From NCBI RefSeq assembly GCF_004010195.1, contig NC_057751.1, positions 14,727,951 to 14,791,950 on the forward strand: 64,000 bases of DNA. The letters run 5' to 3'. Numbering within the stretch: position 1 is the stretch's first letter; every line of letters begins with the position of its first letter. The translations under genes and the position numbers were made by a program. The DNA comes from Chiloscyllium plagiosum. Lineage: Eukaryota. The notes under the pieces are model-generated. The model saw only the letters and a program-made list of their open reading frames with translations. It had not been told where the DNA came from and made no database searches. Positions 13,201 through 24,917 of the stretch are shown here, piece by piece.

Positions 13201-16200
13201 GGCGTAGAAGAGCGCAGGTACTGAGCTGAATGATCAGATTAAGCAGGACCCGGGGACTGAATGGCCTGCTCCTATCTTGTGTGTGACCATGTAGCAGCAG
13301 CAGCTGATGCCAGTGTGTGCACAACAGCCTGCTCCCCCCCCCCCCCCCCCCGAGACACACACACTCACCTTATCACCGTCAATCTCAGTCACCGTGACCC
13401 TCTTCTCCCTCTGCAGCTGCAACAGACACAGGTAGAAAGTCTTCTCGTCCCTGCACACGGTCTGACACATCTCCTGTAACTGTGAAAAGGAAACCACCGG
13501 GTGCGCAGTCTGCAGGTGACTCTGACAGAGCCGATAAACCTCAGCTGCCTTCTCCTGCGGATGTGGGGGGAGGGGGCAAAGTCTGAAAGTCAGTGCCTGT
13601 TCACTGTGGTTACAGGGCACAGATCAGAAACCGTGCAGGTAAACAAGATAAAAATCACGCGAGAGAGGGCACATCGCTGAATTCACTGCCTCCATCTTCC
13701 CCGAGCAGCCTGTCCCCTCCTCACTGCTATTTCAGAGAGAGCGGCGCCGAATGTGTGGGGAAACGCACCCCAATGTCTGCACCCAGCAGTCTGGTCACAG
13801 GGTCAACATTAGATTGTGGTGCTGGAAAAGCACAGCAGGGTCAGGCAACATCCGAGGAGCAGGAAAATCGACGTTTCGGGCAAAAGATTCCCAATGAAGG
13901 GCTTTCACCCGAAACGTCGATTCCCCTGATCCTCGGATGCTGCCTGACCCTGCTGTGCTTTTCCAGCACCACTCTCACCTTGACTCTAATCTCCAGCATC
14001 TGCAGTACCTACTTTCGTCTAGTCCCATCATCGAGCCATACAGGACGGAACCAGACCCTTCAGTCCAACCAGGCCCGTGCTGAACACAATCCCAAACTAA
14101 GCTCGACCCACCTGCCCACTCCTGGCCCATATCCTTCCAAACCTTCCCTGTTCATGGACTGATCCAAATGCCTTTTAAATGTTGTAACTGTACCCATCTC
14201 AGGCGACTGTCTGTGTGGAGTTTGCACATTCTCCCCATGTCTGCGTGGGTTTCCTCCCACAGTCTAAAAGATGTCCACATTGGGTGAATTGGCCATGCTG
14301 AATTGTCCCATAGTGTTAGTTACATGAGTCAGAGGGAAATTGTTCTGGGCGGGTTACTCTTCGGAGGGTCGGTGTGGACTGGTTGGGGCGAAGGGCCTGT
14401 TTCCACACTAAGTAATCTAACCTAATCTAACCACGTCCACCTCTAAGTTCATCCCACACACAGTCCACCCTCCATGTAAATACAAAACAAAACTGCCCCT
14501 CATATCTTTCTAAAATCTTTCTCCTCTCAGCCTGAAGAAATACCCCTTAGTCTTGAAATCCCACACCCGAGGTCAAAAACACCTGCCATTCACCCCATCC
14601 ATACCCCTCATGATTTTGTCAACCTCTATAAGGTCACCCCTCAACCTCCTCAGGTCGAGGGAGGACACGTCCCAGCCTGGCCAGCATTTCTTTATAACTC
14701 AAACCCTCCATTTCCAGCCACATCCTGGTCAATCTCTTCTGGACCCCCTCCAGTTTAATAATATCCTTCCTATAACAGGGCGACCACAACCAGACAGAGT
14801 ACTCCAGAGGTGATCTCACCAACATCCAACCAATGTACATTGCAACAGAGTCATAGAGACGTACAGCACGGAAACAGACCCTTCGGTCCAACCCGTCCAT
14901 GCCGACCAGATATTCCCAAACCAATCTAGTCCCACCTGCCAGCACCCGGCCCATATCCCTCCAAACCCTTCCTATTCATATACCCATCCAGATGCCTCTT
15001 AAATGTTGCAATTGTACCAGCCTCCACCACATCCTCAGGCAGCTCATTCCATACCCGTACCGGAAAACAGCCCCAGCCTGTTCAGCCTCTCCCTGTAGCT
15101 CAAATCCTCCAACCCTGGCAACATCCTTGTAAATCTTTTCTGAACCCTTTCAAGTTTCACAACACCTTTCCGATAGGAAGGAGACCAGAACTGCACGCAG
15201 TATTCCAACAGTGGCCTAACCGATGTTTTGTACAGCCGCAACATGACCTCCCAACTCCTGTACTCAAAAGACTGAGCAGTGCAGACAAGCATGCGAAATG
15301 CCTCATTAACCTCCCTGGCTATAGGTGACGCAAACTTCACGGAATTATGTACCTGAACCCCAAGGTCCCTCTGTTCTACAGCACTACCCAAGGACCTACT
15401 TTCAATTGCACAAGTCCTGCCCTTGTTTGTCATCTTAAGTAACCTTCTTCACTGTCCAACATACCACCAACCTTGCAAAGTGCAAACTTAATAAGCATGC
15501 CTGCGTTACTAGACTGAACGGACATTTCAAATCTAATAATGATCTTGCTTTTGTCTATGTTTTCTGTGCAGCCGTACCTGTGTACGCCTTGCTTTTCTCA
15601 AGCCACCCTCTGATCTGTACGCCCTTGTGTGTTATGATCTTCCTGTACTGCACGCAAAACAAAACTTGTCACTGTATGTGGGCACATGTGACAACAACAA
15701 ATCAAATTCTATATTCTCAACTGAAATGATAAACCAAACAGGACCCAGCACTGATCCCAGCCGACTGTTCAACTCCCCGACTTGAACTGGCAAAGCTCTT
15801 TCGCTCTCTGCCCGATTGGGATATCACGTGGTCTTGTGCCAATACTCCTGGGTGGTGGGGTGGGGGGGCAGTTGGCCAACTTGACTCAAATTGTTAAGTT
15901 GGTCCACCGTGAGAACCGACAAAGTCCGTGACGTGATGGTGGGTGGACAGCAGATTGCTGGTGGAAAACGTGGCCCAATTATCCACTGCACCAGCACAGA
16001 AGAGACCCTTCTGCCCATCGATACCACACTGACAAAATCTACTCTGCTCCCCCAGCTCTTGGCCCATGAATGCTGTGGTCATTTCAAGTGCTCATCCAAG
16101 TACTTTTTTTTAAACCTATGGTGCCAGGTTTAAGAATTGGTGCAGTTCCAAGAGGTATTAATAGATTAGATTACTTACAGTGTGGAAACAGGCCCTTCGG

Positions 16201-17015
16201 CCCAANNNNNNNNNNNNNNNNNNNNCTGCACATCTTTGGACTGTGGGAGGAAACCGGAGCACCCGGAGGAAACCCACGCAGACACGGGGAGAACGTGCAA
16301 ACTCCACACAGACAGTCGCCTGAGGCGGGAATTGAACCCGCGTCCCTGGCGCTGTGAGGCAGGTAAAAGGGAACAAAGGGCATGTCAAATCAAGGATGGG
16401 CTCTCACCTGAACGCGTTCGACAATAACGTAGGCTTCATCGGGGGAAACACTGCTGTTTCCCAGCAGAGAGGTCAGAGTCCACTTCAGCGGCTTAATCAG
16501 AAACAAGCCCACACCCCAGGCCAACCAGCCAGCATCAACACTCGCTGCAAAGCACGACTCCTTCTGAATCAGCCCTCGCCTTGCCAGTGGGGAGAGAGAG
16601 GGGGACAACACAGGGTTAAACACACACACACACACCCCGACGGCTTCGACCGAAATAATTCTCAAACAGCACAGACTGGCAACTGTTGCTTGTTGAGCGG
16701 GGACAGAGGGGCTTGGTGAGGGGAAAGGGTGGGCACTAAGGGGTCAAGGTGGTGAAGGATGGAGAGAGAGGGGGGTTTCAGGGTGGAGGGAAAGNNNNNN
16801 NNNNNNNNNNNNNNNNNNNNNNNNNNNNNNNNNNNNNNNNNNNNNNNNNNNNNNNNNNNNNNNNNNNNNNNNNNNNNNNNNNNNNNNNNNNNNNNNNNNN
16901 NNNNNNNNNNNNNNNNNNNNNNNNNNNNNNNNNNNNNNNNNNNNNNNNNNNNNNNNNNNNNNNNNTGCTGACGCGCGGGGGGGGGGGGGTGGGGAGGCTC
17001 ACACACCCTCCCACC

Positions 17016-17047
<32 letters not shown>

Positions 17048-17329
17048 CAGGTCGTGCAGCACCGTGTCCAGCCCCAGGGGGACAGCTCCCTTCCTGCGGA
17101 ACCAGGAGGCCCCCTCCCGGGCGGTCAGGGTGAGCCGCTGGCGGCGGGCGGCCTCCCGCAGCAGCGCGGGGCCCCAGAACGACAGCTTGGCGTCCCAGTC
17201 CGAGCTGTTCACATCCCGGCTCCGCTTGAACGCCGAGAACAGGAACGCCATCCGCTGGTCGTCCGCCCAGTCCGGGCACAGCCGCTGCGACTCCGGCTCC
17301 AGCCGCGGCTCCGCACCCTCCGCCGCCAT
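798..17329 (-). CDS. CHMP7: CHMP7 (charged multivesicular body protein 7, ESCRT-II/III hybrid); full span of 10 coding exons, 452 aa
   Basis: Exons 17043-17329, 16408-16579, 13369-13554, 7694-7827, 6796-6844, 6387-6506, 5785-5883, 5226-5286, 1431-1622 and 798-856 join via GT-AG introns into a 1359-nt ORF. Motifs [61 protein letters not shown] and ELE.EL match CHMP7. Confidence 0.96.
1431..1622 (-). CDS. CHMP7: CHMP7 coding exon 9 (192 nt)
   Basis: [16 protein letters not shown]...LPDVP...[13 protein letters not shown]; ccag| and |gtaagt. Confidence 0.92.
1760..2525 (+). mobile_element. Penelope-like retroelement 3' fragment (degenerate GIY-YIG endonuclease + terminal repeat with hammerhead motif)
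   Basis: Translation [37 protein letters not shown]...PVAEHFN is the PLE GIY-YIG motif; followed by ctgatgaagggcttctgcccgaaacgtcga. Confidence 0.85.
2395..2434 (+). ncRNA. Minimal type-I hammerhead ribozyme motif (PLE family A)
   Basis: CTGATGA core, stem II gggc-ttct-gccc, GAAAC-GTC, imperfect stem I agattc/gattct. Confidence 0.6.
2777..3308 (+). mobile_element. CR1/HER1-type LINE 3' fragment with ~154-bp tandem duplication; resumes at ~4070-4225 after an LTR insertion
   Basis: [24 protein letters not shown]; 2777-2930 repeated at 2931-3083. Confidence 0.85.
3309..4069 (+). mobile_element. Solo LTR-like insertion inside the CR1 fragment
   Basis: Starts tgttatg; CR1 sequence (ggtgcag|...|ttacaacatataaaagacatt) continues on both sides; homologous to 9555-10240 and similar to one terminus of 44110-45154. 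Confidence 0.65.
5226..5286 (-). CDS. CHMP7: CHMP7 coding exon 8 (61 nt)
   Basis: [20 protein letters not shown]; long pyrimidine tract, tcag| and |gtgagt. Confidence 0.92.
5785..5883 (-). CDS. CHMP7: CHMP7 coding exon 7 (99 nt)
   Basis: [33 protein letters not shown]; cag| and |gtcagg. Confidence 0.95.
5995..6180. mobile_element. Penelope-like terminal repeat, short inverted pair, with hammerhead motif on + (6050-6086)
   Basis: ggcagcatccgaggagcaggagaatc...tttcggg is the reverse complement of cccgaaacgtcgattc...gatgctgcc; core ctgatgaagggctccggcccgaaacgtc. Confidence 0.75.
6387..6506 (-). CDS. CHMP7: CHMP7 coding exon 6 (120 nt)
   Basis: [40 protein letters not shown] (Snf7-type helix); cag| and |gtatgg. 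Confidence 0.95.
6796..6844 (-). CDS. CHMP7: CHMP7 coding exon 5 (49 nt)
   Basis: [16 protein letters not shown]; cctag| and |gtgagt; restores phase 0. Confidence 0.9.
7075..7385 (+). mobile_element. HE1-type tRNA-derived SINE
   Basis: A box tggctcagtgg, B box ggttcaattcc; conserved core ctccgggtgctccggtttcctcccacagtccaa; CR1-like tail. Confidence 0.85.
7694..7827 (-). CDS. CHMP7: CHMP7 coding exon 4 (134 nt)
   Basis: [44 protein letters not shown](R); ttacag| and |gtaagt. Confidence 0.94.
8010..8475 (+). repeat. ~70-bp minisatellite array (about 5-6 units) with a 75-bp templated insert
   Basis: Unit ccctgtcctgggagtgtttgatggggacagtgtagagggagctttactctgtatctaaccccgtgctgt; same family as 27128-27840 and 28468-29340. 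Confidence 0.9.
8940..9495. mobile_element. Penelope-like element family B, inverted terminal arrangement
   Basis: 8980-9130 is the reverse complement of 9330-9490; internal part matches the GIY-YIG C-terminal region at 33525-33625 (ttcctagaagcatggcattccaaccggaac); degenerate hammerhead at 9412-9462. Confidence 0.7.
9775..12471. repeat. Direct tandem duplication of ~1.35 kb (9775-11135 / 11136-12471) containing LTR fragment, CR1 fragment and a minus-strand SINE
   Basis: Collinear, near-identical copies with scattered substitutions and different (CA)n lengths; 'cc' microhomology at the junction. Confidence 0.92.
13369..13554 (-). CDS. CHMP7: CHMP7 coding exon 3 (186 nt)
   Basis: [11 protein letters not shown]...[27 protein letters not shown]; cag| and |gtgagt. 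Confidence 0.95.
13810..14015. mobile_element. Penelope-like terminal repeat family A, inverted pair
   Basis: gtggtgctggaaaagcacagcagggtcaggca...cgacgtttcggg versus cccgaaacgtcga...tgcctgaccctgctgtgcttttccagcaccac. Confidence 0.75.
14025..15500 (-). mobile_element. Cluster of CR1/HER1 LINE 3' fragments with a nested SINE piece (14198-14430)
   Basis: Minus-strand ORFs [43 protein letters not shown]; 3' UTR ggttggaccgaagggtctgtttccgtgctgta. Confidence 0.85.
16160..16362 (-). mobile_element. HE1-type SINE (contains 20-N gap 16206-16225)
   Basis: Reverse complement of the SINE core with (atcta)n tail. Confidence 0.8.
16408..16579 (-). CDS. CHMP7: CHMP7 coding exon 2 (172 nt)
   Basis: [35 protein letters not shown]...VIVERVQ; aag| acceptor, |gtgag donor; phases fit. 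Confidence 0.94.
17043..17329 (-). CDS. CHMP7: CHMP7 coding exon 1 (MAAEGAEP...LHDLAR)
   Basis: ATG at 17329-17327; encodes [36 protein letters not shown]; phase-2 donor CG|GTGAGA. Confidence 0.95.
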
Positions 17330-17399
17330 CTCCCTGCCGCTCGGCCCACCCTCCACCTCCTCTCACTCAGGGTGACTGACGGCCCTCCGTCCACCGAAC

Positions 17400-18060
17400 C
17401 ACCACAACCGCCCGCAGGCCAATCAGATTGGTCGGCCCCGCCCACCACAACCACCCACTGACCGAGCAAACCCCTCGCCGCCGACCAATCACAACAGCAC
17501 AATCCCGTAGACCTTCCAATCACATCTGTCGGAGTTCGCCCACCGAACAATCACAACCGTCCCCTCCCTCCGCCTACTAGCCAATCATATCTGTCGTCTT
17601 CGCCCAACCGCCAATCAAACCCGCTGACCGATCGGATTTGTCGTCCCACCGACCAATCAGAACCACCCCGCCCATCCCGCCAGGCGTCTCCGCCCGCTGA
17701 CCAATCAGACCCACCGCCCCACTCATTGACCATTCAGAACCACCGTTTCCGCCCACTGTCCAATTGGAACCACCGTCCCCGCCCGTCGACCAACCAGAAA
17801 TAGCGTTCCTACCTTCCGGCCAATCTAAATAACGTTCCCCGCCTCCTGACCAATCGGAACTAGCGTTCCCACGCTACGACCAATCAAAAACCAAAGTTCC
17901 CACCCAGCGGCCAATCGCATCCGCCTTCCCCACGACTGACCAATCAGATATACCGTCCCGCTTACCGACATTCTGATCTGCCTCCCCCCCCCGTGCCTAC
18001 TGCCCAATCAGATCCATCCACATCCGCATCCTGACCAATCGGAACCGCGGTTCCCGCCCT
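17400..18060 (-). promoter_or_regulatory. CHMP7 CpG-rich promoter with array of CCAAT (NF-Y) boxes and GC boxes
   Basis: CCAAT at 17419, 17485, 17516, 17581, 17611, 17653, 17701, 17760, 17820, 17850, 17880, 17911, 17940, 18004 and 18035; CCGCCC boxes interspersed; directly upstream of the ATG exon; CpG-dense. Confidence 0.8.
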
Positions 18061-18289
18061 CCGCCGGACAGTCCCGAGGGAGTGGGGCCGTGGCCGCTGT
18101 GCCTGCATTTCGCGGACTTGGCCAGCAGAGGGGGGCATTGTGGTCCGCAGCACTGCGAAAGATCCTTCGGCCCATCCAATCAGTCCTGACAAACACCCCA
18201 TGAATCTCATCCCACTTCCCAGCGCTTGGCCGGTTGCCTTGGTGTCGCCAGCCTGCATCCAAATGGTTTCATTTTATGAGGACTTTGGC

Positions 18290-18830
18290 ATCACGGCCCC
18301 GATGTGCATCAGTGGAGCGGAGGTGGAGAGGGTCATGAGCATCGGGGTTCAGAGGAGTGACAATAACTGACCATCTGTCCTGGACTGTCCACGTACGTGC
18401 AATGGTCAAGAAGGCACAGCAACACCCCCTTCTTCCTCAGGCGGTTTGGGAAATTCGAGATGTCCGTAAGGACCTTCACCCACGTTTACAGATGCACCGT
18501 AGAAAGCATTCTGTCTGGGTGCATCACGGCCTGGTCTGCCCACGACCGGAAGAGACTACAGAGAGACGTGTACACAGCCCAGCCTGTCACGAATGCTAAC
18601 CTCCCAAACATGGACATTTCCCGTTGCCACGGTGAAGCTGCCAACATCATCAAAGATCCTTCCCAACCGAGATTACACTCTCTTCCAACCTCTTCCGTCA
18701 GGCAGGCGAAACAGACCGCATGCACCCGACAGGACCAAGAACCATTTCGCCTCTGCTGTTATGAGACTGCTGAATGGGCCTCTCTAATTTCAAATGTAAT
18801 GTTGATCTTGCTTTGTGCACTTCCTGTCAG
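18290..18830 (+). mobile_element. Rex1/Babar-like LINE 3' fragment
   Basis: HLSWTVH...VKKAQQ, FFLRRFGKF...YRCTVESILSGCITAW, typical of the Rex1/Babar RT C-terminal region. Confidence 0.7.
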
Positions 18831-18834
18831 ATTC

Positions 18835-18990
18835 TAGATCAGAGTGGTGCTGGAAAAGCACAGCAGTTCAGGCAGCATCCGAGGAGCAGGAAAATCGACG
18901 TTTCGGGCAAAAGCCCTTCATCAGGAATAGAGGCAGAGAGTCTGCAGGGTGGAGAGATAAATCTGGTTTCCAGCATCTGCAGTCCTTGAT
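18835..18990 (-). mobile_element. Penelope-like terminal repeat family A with hammerhead motif
   Basis: Minus strand reads attcctgatgaagggcttttgcccgaaacgtcgatttt (18928-18891). Confidence 0.75.
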
Positions 18991-19139
18991 TTTACTCACT
19001 TCCTGTCAGCTTGTCTGCGTTGCTCTGTCTAAGCACCCGATGAACTGTATGTCCTTGTATGTTATGATCTGCCTGCACTGCTTTCAAAACAAAACTTTAT
19101 TTAGGCATGTGACAAGAAATCAAAACTACCATCTTTAAC

Positions 19140-20430
19140 AGGCACTGTGTTTCAGATTCCCACCACACTCTGTATGATTAAAAACTCCTCACACGCGCTC
19201 TCAACCTTTTGCCCATTCCCTTTAATCTATATTCCCCTGGTTATCAGTCCCTTCACTGAAGAGAAATCTTTCTTCCTGACTGCCCTGTCTGTGCCCCTCA
19301 TTATTTTATCCATCTCAATCATGAGCCATCTCAATCTCCCCTGCTCTCAGGGAAAGAACCCTAGCCTGTCCAAGCTCTCTTCACAACTGAAACTCTCCAG
19401 CTCAGGCAACATCCTCTGCCCCCTCTCCCAGTGTAATTACATCCTCCGAGAATGTGGATTCCTGAACTGCACACAATACTCTACATGAAACCTAAACCAA
19501 CGTTTTCTACAGTTCTGACCAAGCCTCCTATTCTGAAACTCTGTGCCATGGGCTAATAAAGTCAAATGTTCCTTATGCCTTCTTAACCACTTAGAGTTAC
19601 AGGGCTGCACAGCATGGAAACAGACCCTTCGGTCCAACCTGTCCACGCCGACCAAATATCCCAATCCAATCTAGTCCCACCTGCCAGCACCCGGCCCATA
19701 TCCCTCCAAACCCTTCCTATTCATATACCCATCCAGATGCCTCTTAAATGTTCCAATTGTACCAGCCTCCACCACATCCTCTGGCAGCTCATTCCATACA
19801 CGTACCACCCTCTGTGTGAAAACGTTGCCCCTTTGGTCTCTTTTATATCTTTCCCCTCTCACCCTAAACCTATGCTCCTCTAGTTCTGGACTCCCCGACC
19901 CCAGGGAAAAAGACCTTGTCAATTTAGCCTATCCATGCCCCACATGATTTTATAAAACTCTATAAGGTCACCTCTCAGCCTCAGACGCTCCAGAGAAAAC
20001 AGCCCCAGTCTATTCGACCTCTCCCTACAGCTCAAATCCTCCAACCCTGGCAACATCCTTATAAATCCTTTCTGAATCCTTTCAAGTTTCACAACATCCT
20101 TCCTGTAGGAGTGAGACCAGAATTGCATGCAATATTCCAACAGTGGCCTAACCAATGTCCGATACAGCCGTAACATGACCTCCCAACTCCTGTACTCAAT
20201 ACTCTGAGTCTTCACTATCCTATCTACCTGCGACTCCACTTTCAAGGAGCTATGAACCTGCACTCCAAGGTCTCTTTGTTCAGCAACACTCCCAGGACTT
20301 TACCATTAAGTGTATAAGTCCTGCTGAGATTTGCTTTCCCAAAATGCAGCACCTCACATTTATCTAAACTAAACTCCATCTGCCACTCCTCAGCCCATTG
20401 GCCCAGCTGATCAAGATCCCGTTGCAGTCC
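19140..20430 (-). mobile_element. CR1/HER1 LINE fragments (younger copy 19592-20425 next to an older one)
   Basis: ORFs [27 protein letters not shown]...[13 protein letters not shown] and [21 protein letters not shown]. Confidence 0.88.
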
Positions 20431-21479
20431 AAGTCACTTAATCCACTTTTCCTGATACCATCAAGTCTCCTCTGAATCCTCAGTGATTCTCAGGGTCCGA
20501 CCGCTCATCATGTATTCTCTCTCGCCTTGTTTGCCCTGCGCAAGTGGATCAACTCAACTCGATTGAACTATTTCTCCCTGACCAGCCCAAGTGACCATCC
20601 TCCCGTAATCTCAGGCTATCTACCTCACTAATCACCAGCCTCTCGATGTTTTTGTCTCGTCAGTGAACCTACTGATCAACCCTCAAGTTTAAATCGTTTA
20701 CAGAAACCACAAAGCAGAAAAGGCTTCGATCCAGTTGGTCAGACTGTAACCGCCAAATCCCCAAGCGCAGATTAATCATGTCTTTCAGAATTGCTTCCAA
20801 TTGTTCCCCCACCACTGAGGTTAGACTGCCTGTTGGTTGCTGGAATATCAGTTGCACGCTGGAGCAGCTGCATTGACATATCTCCCTTTCACGTGCACGC
20901 GTGAGTCCTCCAGCCAATGGCAACCCATTCTGCCAACTCCTGAGGTAATGTCAGAGCAGGTGGCGGCCATTTTGCCTACACCAAGAGCTGACTATGAGGT
21001 CAATCTACAGCGGCTTTGATTTCCACCTAATTTTGCTGCCTCTGTGTCTGTGCTGATTGAGTGATGATTATTGTCCAAATCATTGGGTTTAAGTGTCTTG
21101 TTTTTCTTTGAAATGGCCTGCTCAGCCGAGGGTCTCGATTAAAACACTCATCTGAAAGATGGCATCTCTGACGGAGTGGCACTCCCTCAGCACCTTTGAA
21201 ACCCATGACCTTGACCACCTCAAAGGGCAAGTCAGCAGGGATGTGCAAAATACCAACCCGTGCTGGTCACCCCTCGCCATCCTGAGTCCATCAATGTCGC
21301 TGGGTCAGAATCCTGGGACTCCCTCCATCAGGGCACTGAGTGGGGGGTCCCTCCACCACATGGACTGCAGCAATTCAAGATGGCAGCTCACCCCCACCTT
21401 CTCAAGGGGACAAGTAGGGGGTAACAGGGCAATAAATGCCGGGCCCAGCCAGCAATGGCCACATTATTGAGAGCAAATC

Positions 21480-22195
21480 TGTAATAAAAGGATGCTGACT
21501 TGATTTGGCTTTGACCACCTCACTTTGTATTTGGATCTCATAACTTGATGTTTACTCCTTGAAATGGAGGTGGGACTGAGAGTTTGTTGGTAGAAAATCT
21601 GGCTTGTGGGTGTGACGATGTTGCCATTTTAAACGTTTATTTTGTCCTGTTTTTTTTGGAAGAGAGTTTGTAAGGCAGAGGCTCCTGACGACGACATAAG
21701 TAAGACCTTGGTTTTGTTTCAAAAGCTGAAACAATAGGAGTACCTTGAATGGGTGTGGCTAGCTCTCTCACATCCAGATTTCTGGGTTTTGATTTTTTTT
21801 CAGTAACATCAGAAGTCTTTCGGGTATCAAAAGAGTTAGCTGCTTCAGTGAATGTCTCCTGGCTGCTAGTGTCTCTAAATTTTGATTTCTTTTTCCCTCC
21901 TGGATTGGAGAACTGCGTGTGAGAATCTGTGTCTGAATTTATTAATGGGTGTGTTTGTGTGATGTTACCATATCAGAACAGTTGATAGTTTTATTACGTT
22001 AAGTTTTCCAACAGTTAAGTTATTTTAAATGCCGCTTTATGTTTTAACGATACAGTGTTGAAATAAATTGTGTTTTGACCTATCGTACCGCATCTGGAAC
22101 ACAGCACTTCACGTTTCCCTTGAATGTAAGAAAAAGTTAGGGTCTAGGCTACCTTCTGAAAATACTTTCAGGGGGGTCTGCTCTGGTCTCTAACA
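21480..22195. mobile_element. Possible solo LTR
   Basis: tgtaat...taaca termini; internal similarity to ~8500-8940; no clear TSD. Confidence 0.4.
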
Positions 22196-22619
22196 GTGGG
22201 ACTAAACTGGACTTACCATTCAAAGATTCAGGACAGGTTACAGCTCCTTCTGGTATTGTATGATGAGTGACAATCTGATCTGAATCCACGGTCACGAACA
22301 CAGTTCCGCACGGTTTCATGTCGCAACCCCAAAATGGAGGACATTGAGTCAACACACATGGAACAGTTTTTTTCTTCAGTTTATTCCAAGAATACCACAA
22401 GTATGAAATATTACACCGCTTCCCTCTGAAATACGCAGCACTGAACATGTCCGTATCTGTTCAGTGCACTCAGAGCCTGCAGTTTGAAATTCACCTCCGA
22501 AACACAGAAATGAAAGCAAAGTTCTGAAGGTCTGAAGGAAAAACAGGCTGCTTCCGTGGAGAAAGAAATACAGTTAATATTTTGAGTCTGGCCTGATCCT
22601 TCAGTTGTGAAGAACGGTC

Positions 22620-23240
22620 AGTGAGTCATACAGCACGGAAATAGGCCCTTCGGCCCAACCAGTCCGTGCTGAGCAGAATCCCAAACTAAACTAGGCCCGC
22701 CTGCCTGCTCCTGGCCCATCTCCCTCTAAACCTTTCCTGTTTCACGTCCTCAGCTTTTCGACTGTACCCACATCCAACACTCCCTCAGGACCTTCACTCC
22801 ATCCACACACCACCCACTCGATAAACAATTTGCCGCATATGTCTTTTTAAAATGCCTCTGCTTAAAAATGTGCCCCCCACAGTCTGGAAGTGGGTGAAGA
22901 CACCTCCCGTTAAACCTGTCTGTATCCCTCTTGATTTTATAAACCTCTCAACCTCCTATGCTCTCCTATCCAGCCTTTCTTTCGCACTCAAATCTTCCAT
23001 ACCCAGCAACATCCTGGTAAATCTCTTCTGAAGCCTACCTCCCTCAATAATATCCTACCTATAACAGAACTGGACACAGTGCATCAGAAAAGGCCTCACC
23101 AACATCCTGTTCAACTACAACATAACATCCTGACTCCCGTACTCAAAGGACGGACCAGTGTAGGCAAGCATTCTAAATGCCTTTTTAACCAGTGTGGTGG
23201 ATGCAAACTTCAAAGAGTTCTGTACCTGAACCCCTTGAAA
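22620..23240 (-). mobile_element. Degenerate CR1 LINE 3' fragment
   Basis: GVQVQNSLKFA...KAFRMLA..EY; CR1 3' UTR motif. Confidence 0.75.
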
Positions 23241-23944
23241 CGTGAGCTCCAGTTCCCTCTCCGCAGATGCTGCCAGACCTGCCGAGTTTCTCCAGTTACT
23301 TCTGGTTTCCCTTCTCAAACAGAGAACCTGCTTTTTCTTTTCAATACATCTCTCATTTGGTCTAACCTCATTCAGGACGCGTTCCGAGTCACTGAGAAGG
23401 ATTTCTGAAATACTTGGATGAGTCGGCTACTGGCGACGGAAGCCAAACGCCACAGAAGTTGGAAAACCCAGCTGGAAACAGGTCCGGAGCATCAGTTAAC
23501 AGGCCACGTCACTCAGACTGAATGAAGACAGCATGAAAGCAAACTCTGAAAGCGAGTGACATTTGTCAAGGATTTAAAACGCACAGGGAGAGGAAGCATT
23601 GAAATGAAACAGCGACAACCCTGTGGAAAGAGACAAGAACAAAGCTCTGCATTTGCGTAGCGCCGTTCACCGTCCTGGGGACACTCGAAAGGACTGCATG
23701 ACGAGGCGAAATCCCTTTGGGAAGGGCGCGTCAAATGAGAGGACAGATGGGTTCACCTCCGCTTGACGGAGGGAGGGAGAGACACTCCGAGACATTCCCA
23801 GTCCCCCACGAGCAATCCCACCGCACAATTCTGTCTCCGGTTGAGCTGCGAGGGCAGACAAGGGGTGGACAGGGACCGGGTCAGTCCCTCGAGGGTGCGA
23901 TCCAATTCTGTCCAGGGCAAGCAGTGATGAAAAGCTAACAAGCG

Positions 23945-24650
23945 CTGCAGTGGTCGTGGGAATGTTCGCTGAGCTGGTTTTGAGACATTTCGTCCCCTGT
24001 CCAGGTGAGATCTTGAGTGCTTTGACACCTCTTGTGAAGCGCTGCTATACTGTGTCTTCAGGAATTTATTCGGTTCTGTTCCTGCTGCGTCCGGCTTGTA
24101 GTGGTCGGTCTACTGGGCCCAGGTCAATTTCTAGAAACACGGCCCTCGTCCACAGACTTCACCAATAAACATATAGACCTGGACCTAATATACCGGCCAC
24201 TACACCCAGAAGCAGCACAACGGACGGTGGCTCAGTGGTTAGCACTGCTGTCTCACAGCACCAAGGACCTGGGTTCGATTCCAGCCTCGGGGGTGACTGT
24301 CTGTGTGGAGTTTGCACATTCTCCCCATGGGTTTCCTCTTGGTGCTCCGGTTTCCTCCTAAGATGGGCAGGTCAGGGTGAATTGGCCGTGCTAAATTGCC
24401 CATCGTGTTGGGTGCGTGAGTCGGAGGGAAATGGGTCTGGGTGGGTTACTCTTTGGCGGGTCGGCGTGGACTTGTTGGGCCGAAGGGCCTGTAGGGGAAT
24501 CTAATCAAAGACACAATAAACAGGAGGCTCCAAAGATGTCACCCAGACAGGGGACAAAACATCTGCAAATCAACTTGCGAGCTCGGCAAATAAGCCCACA
24601 AACGGCACCCGAGCCACAAATCTTCACACAAACCTCGAACCGTCTCGATA
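23945..24650. mobile_element. Penelope-like inverted pair interrupted by an HE1-type SINE (24222-24505, +)
   Basis: gacatttcgtcccctgtccaggtgagatctt (23984) is the reverse complement of aagatgtcacccagacaggggacaaaacatc (24533); SINE A/B boxes in between. Confidence 0.55.
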
Positions 24651-24917
24651 AACTCAGCACTGGATGTGAGGCGTGCGAGCATTTAGAAGGCACAAGGGGT
24701 TGGACTCTTTCTGCGCTGCCTGGAGTCTATGATTCTATTTGATAAATTCTGATCGTTCTGAGGAGATTACAAACTTGGTGAACCTTGCGAACTCTCAGAC
24801 TGAGTTAGGAAAAACCGACAGCCGTGGCGGCTCAGATTAGTGTGGGAAACCGTCAGGGGCCTCTTCCCCGGGAAAGGTGGACGGGGTGGCGATGCCCGCT
24901 CTCTTGGGTTGGCGCCG

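Noticed and set aside
17330..17356. GTG-initiated N-terminal extension of CHMP7 from the ORF track
   Set aside because: The ATG at 17329 has a good Kozak context (gagATGG) and gives a typical length; nothing supports a non-AUG start.
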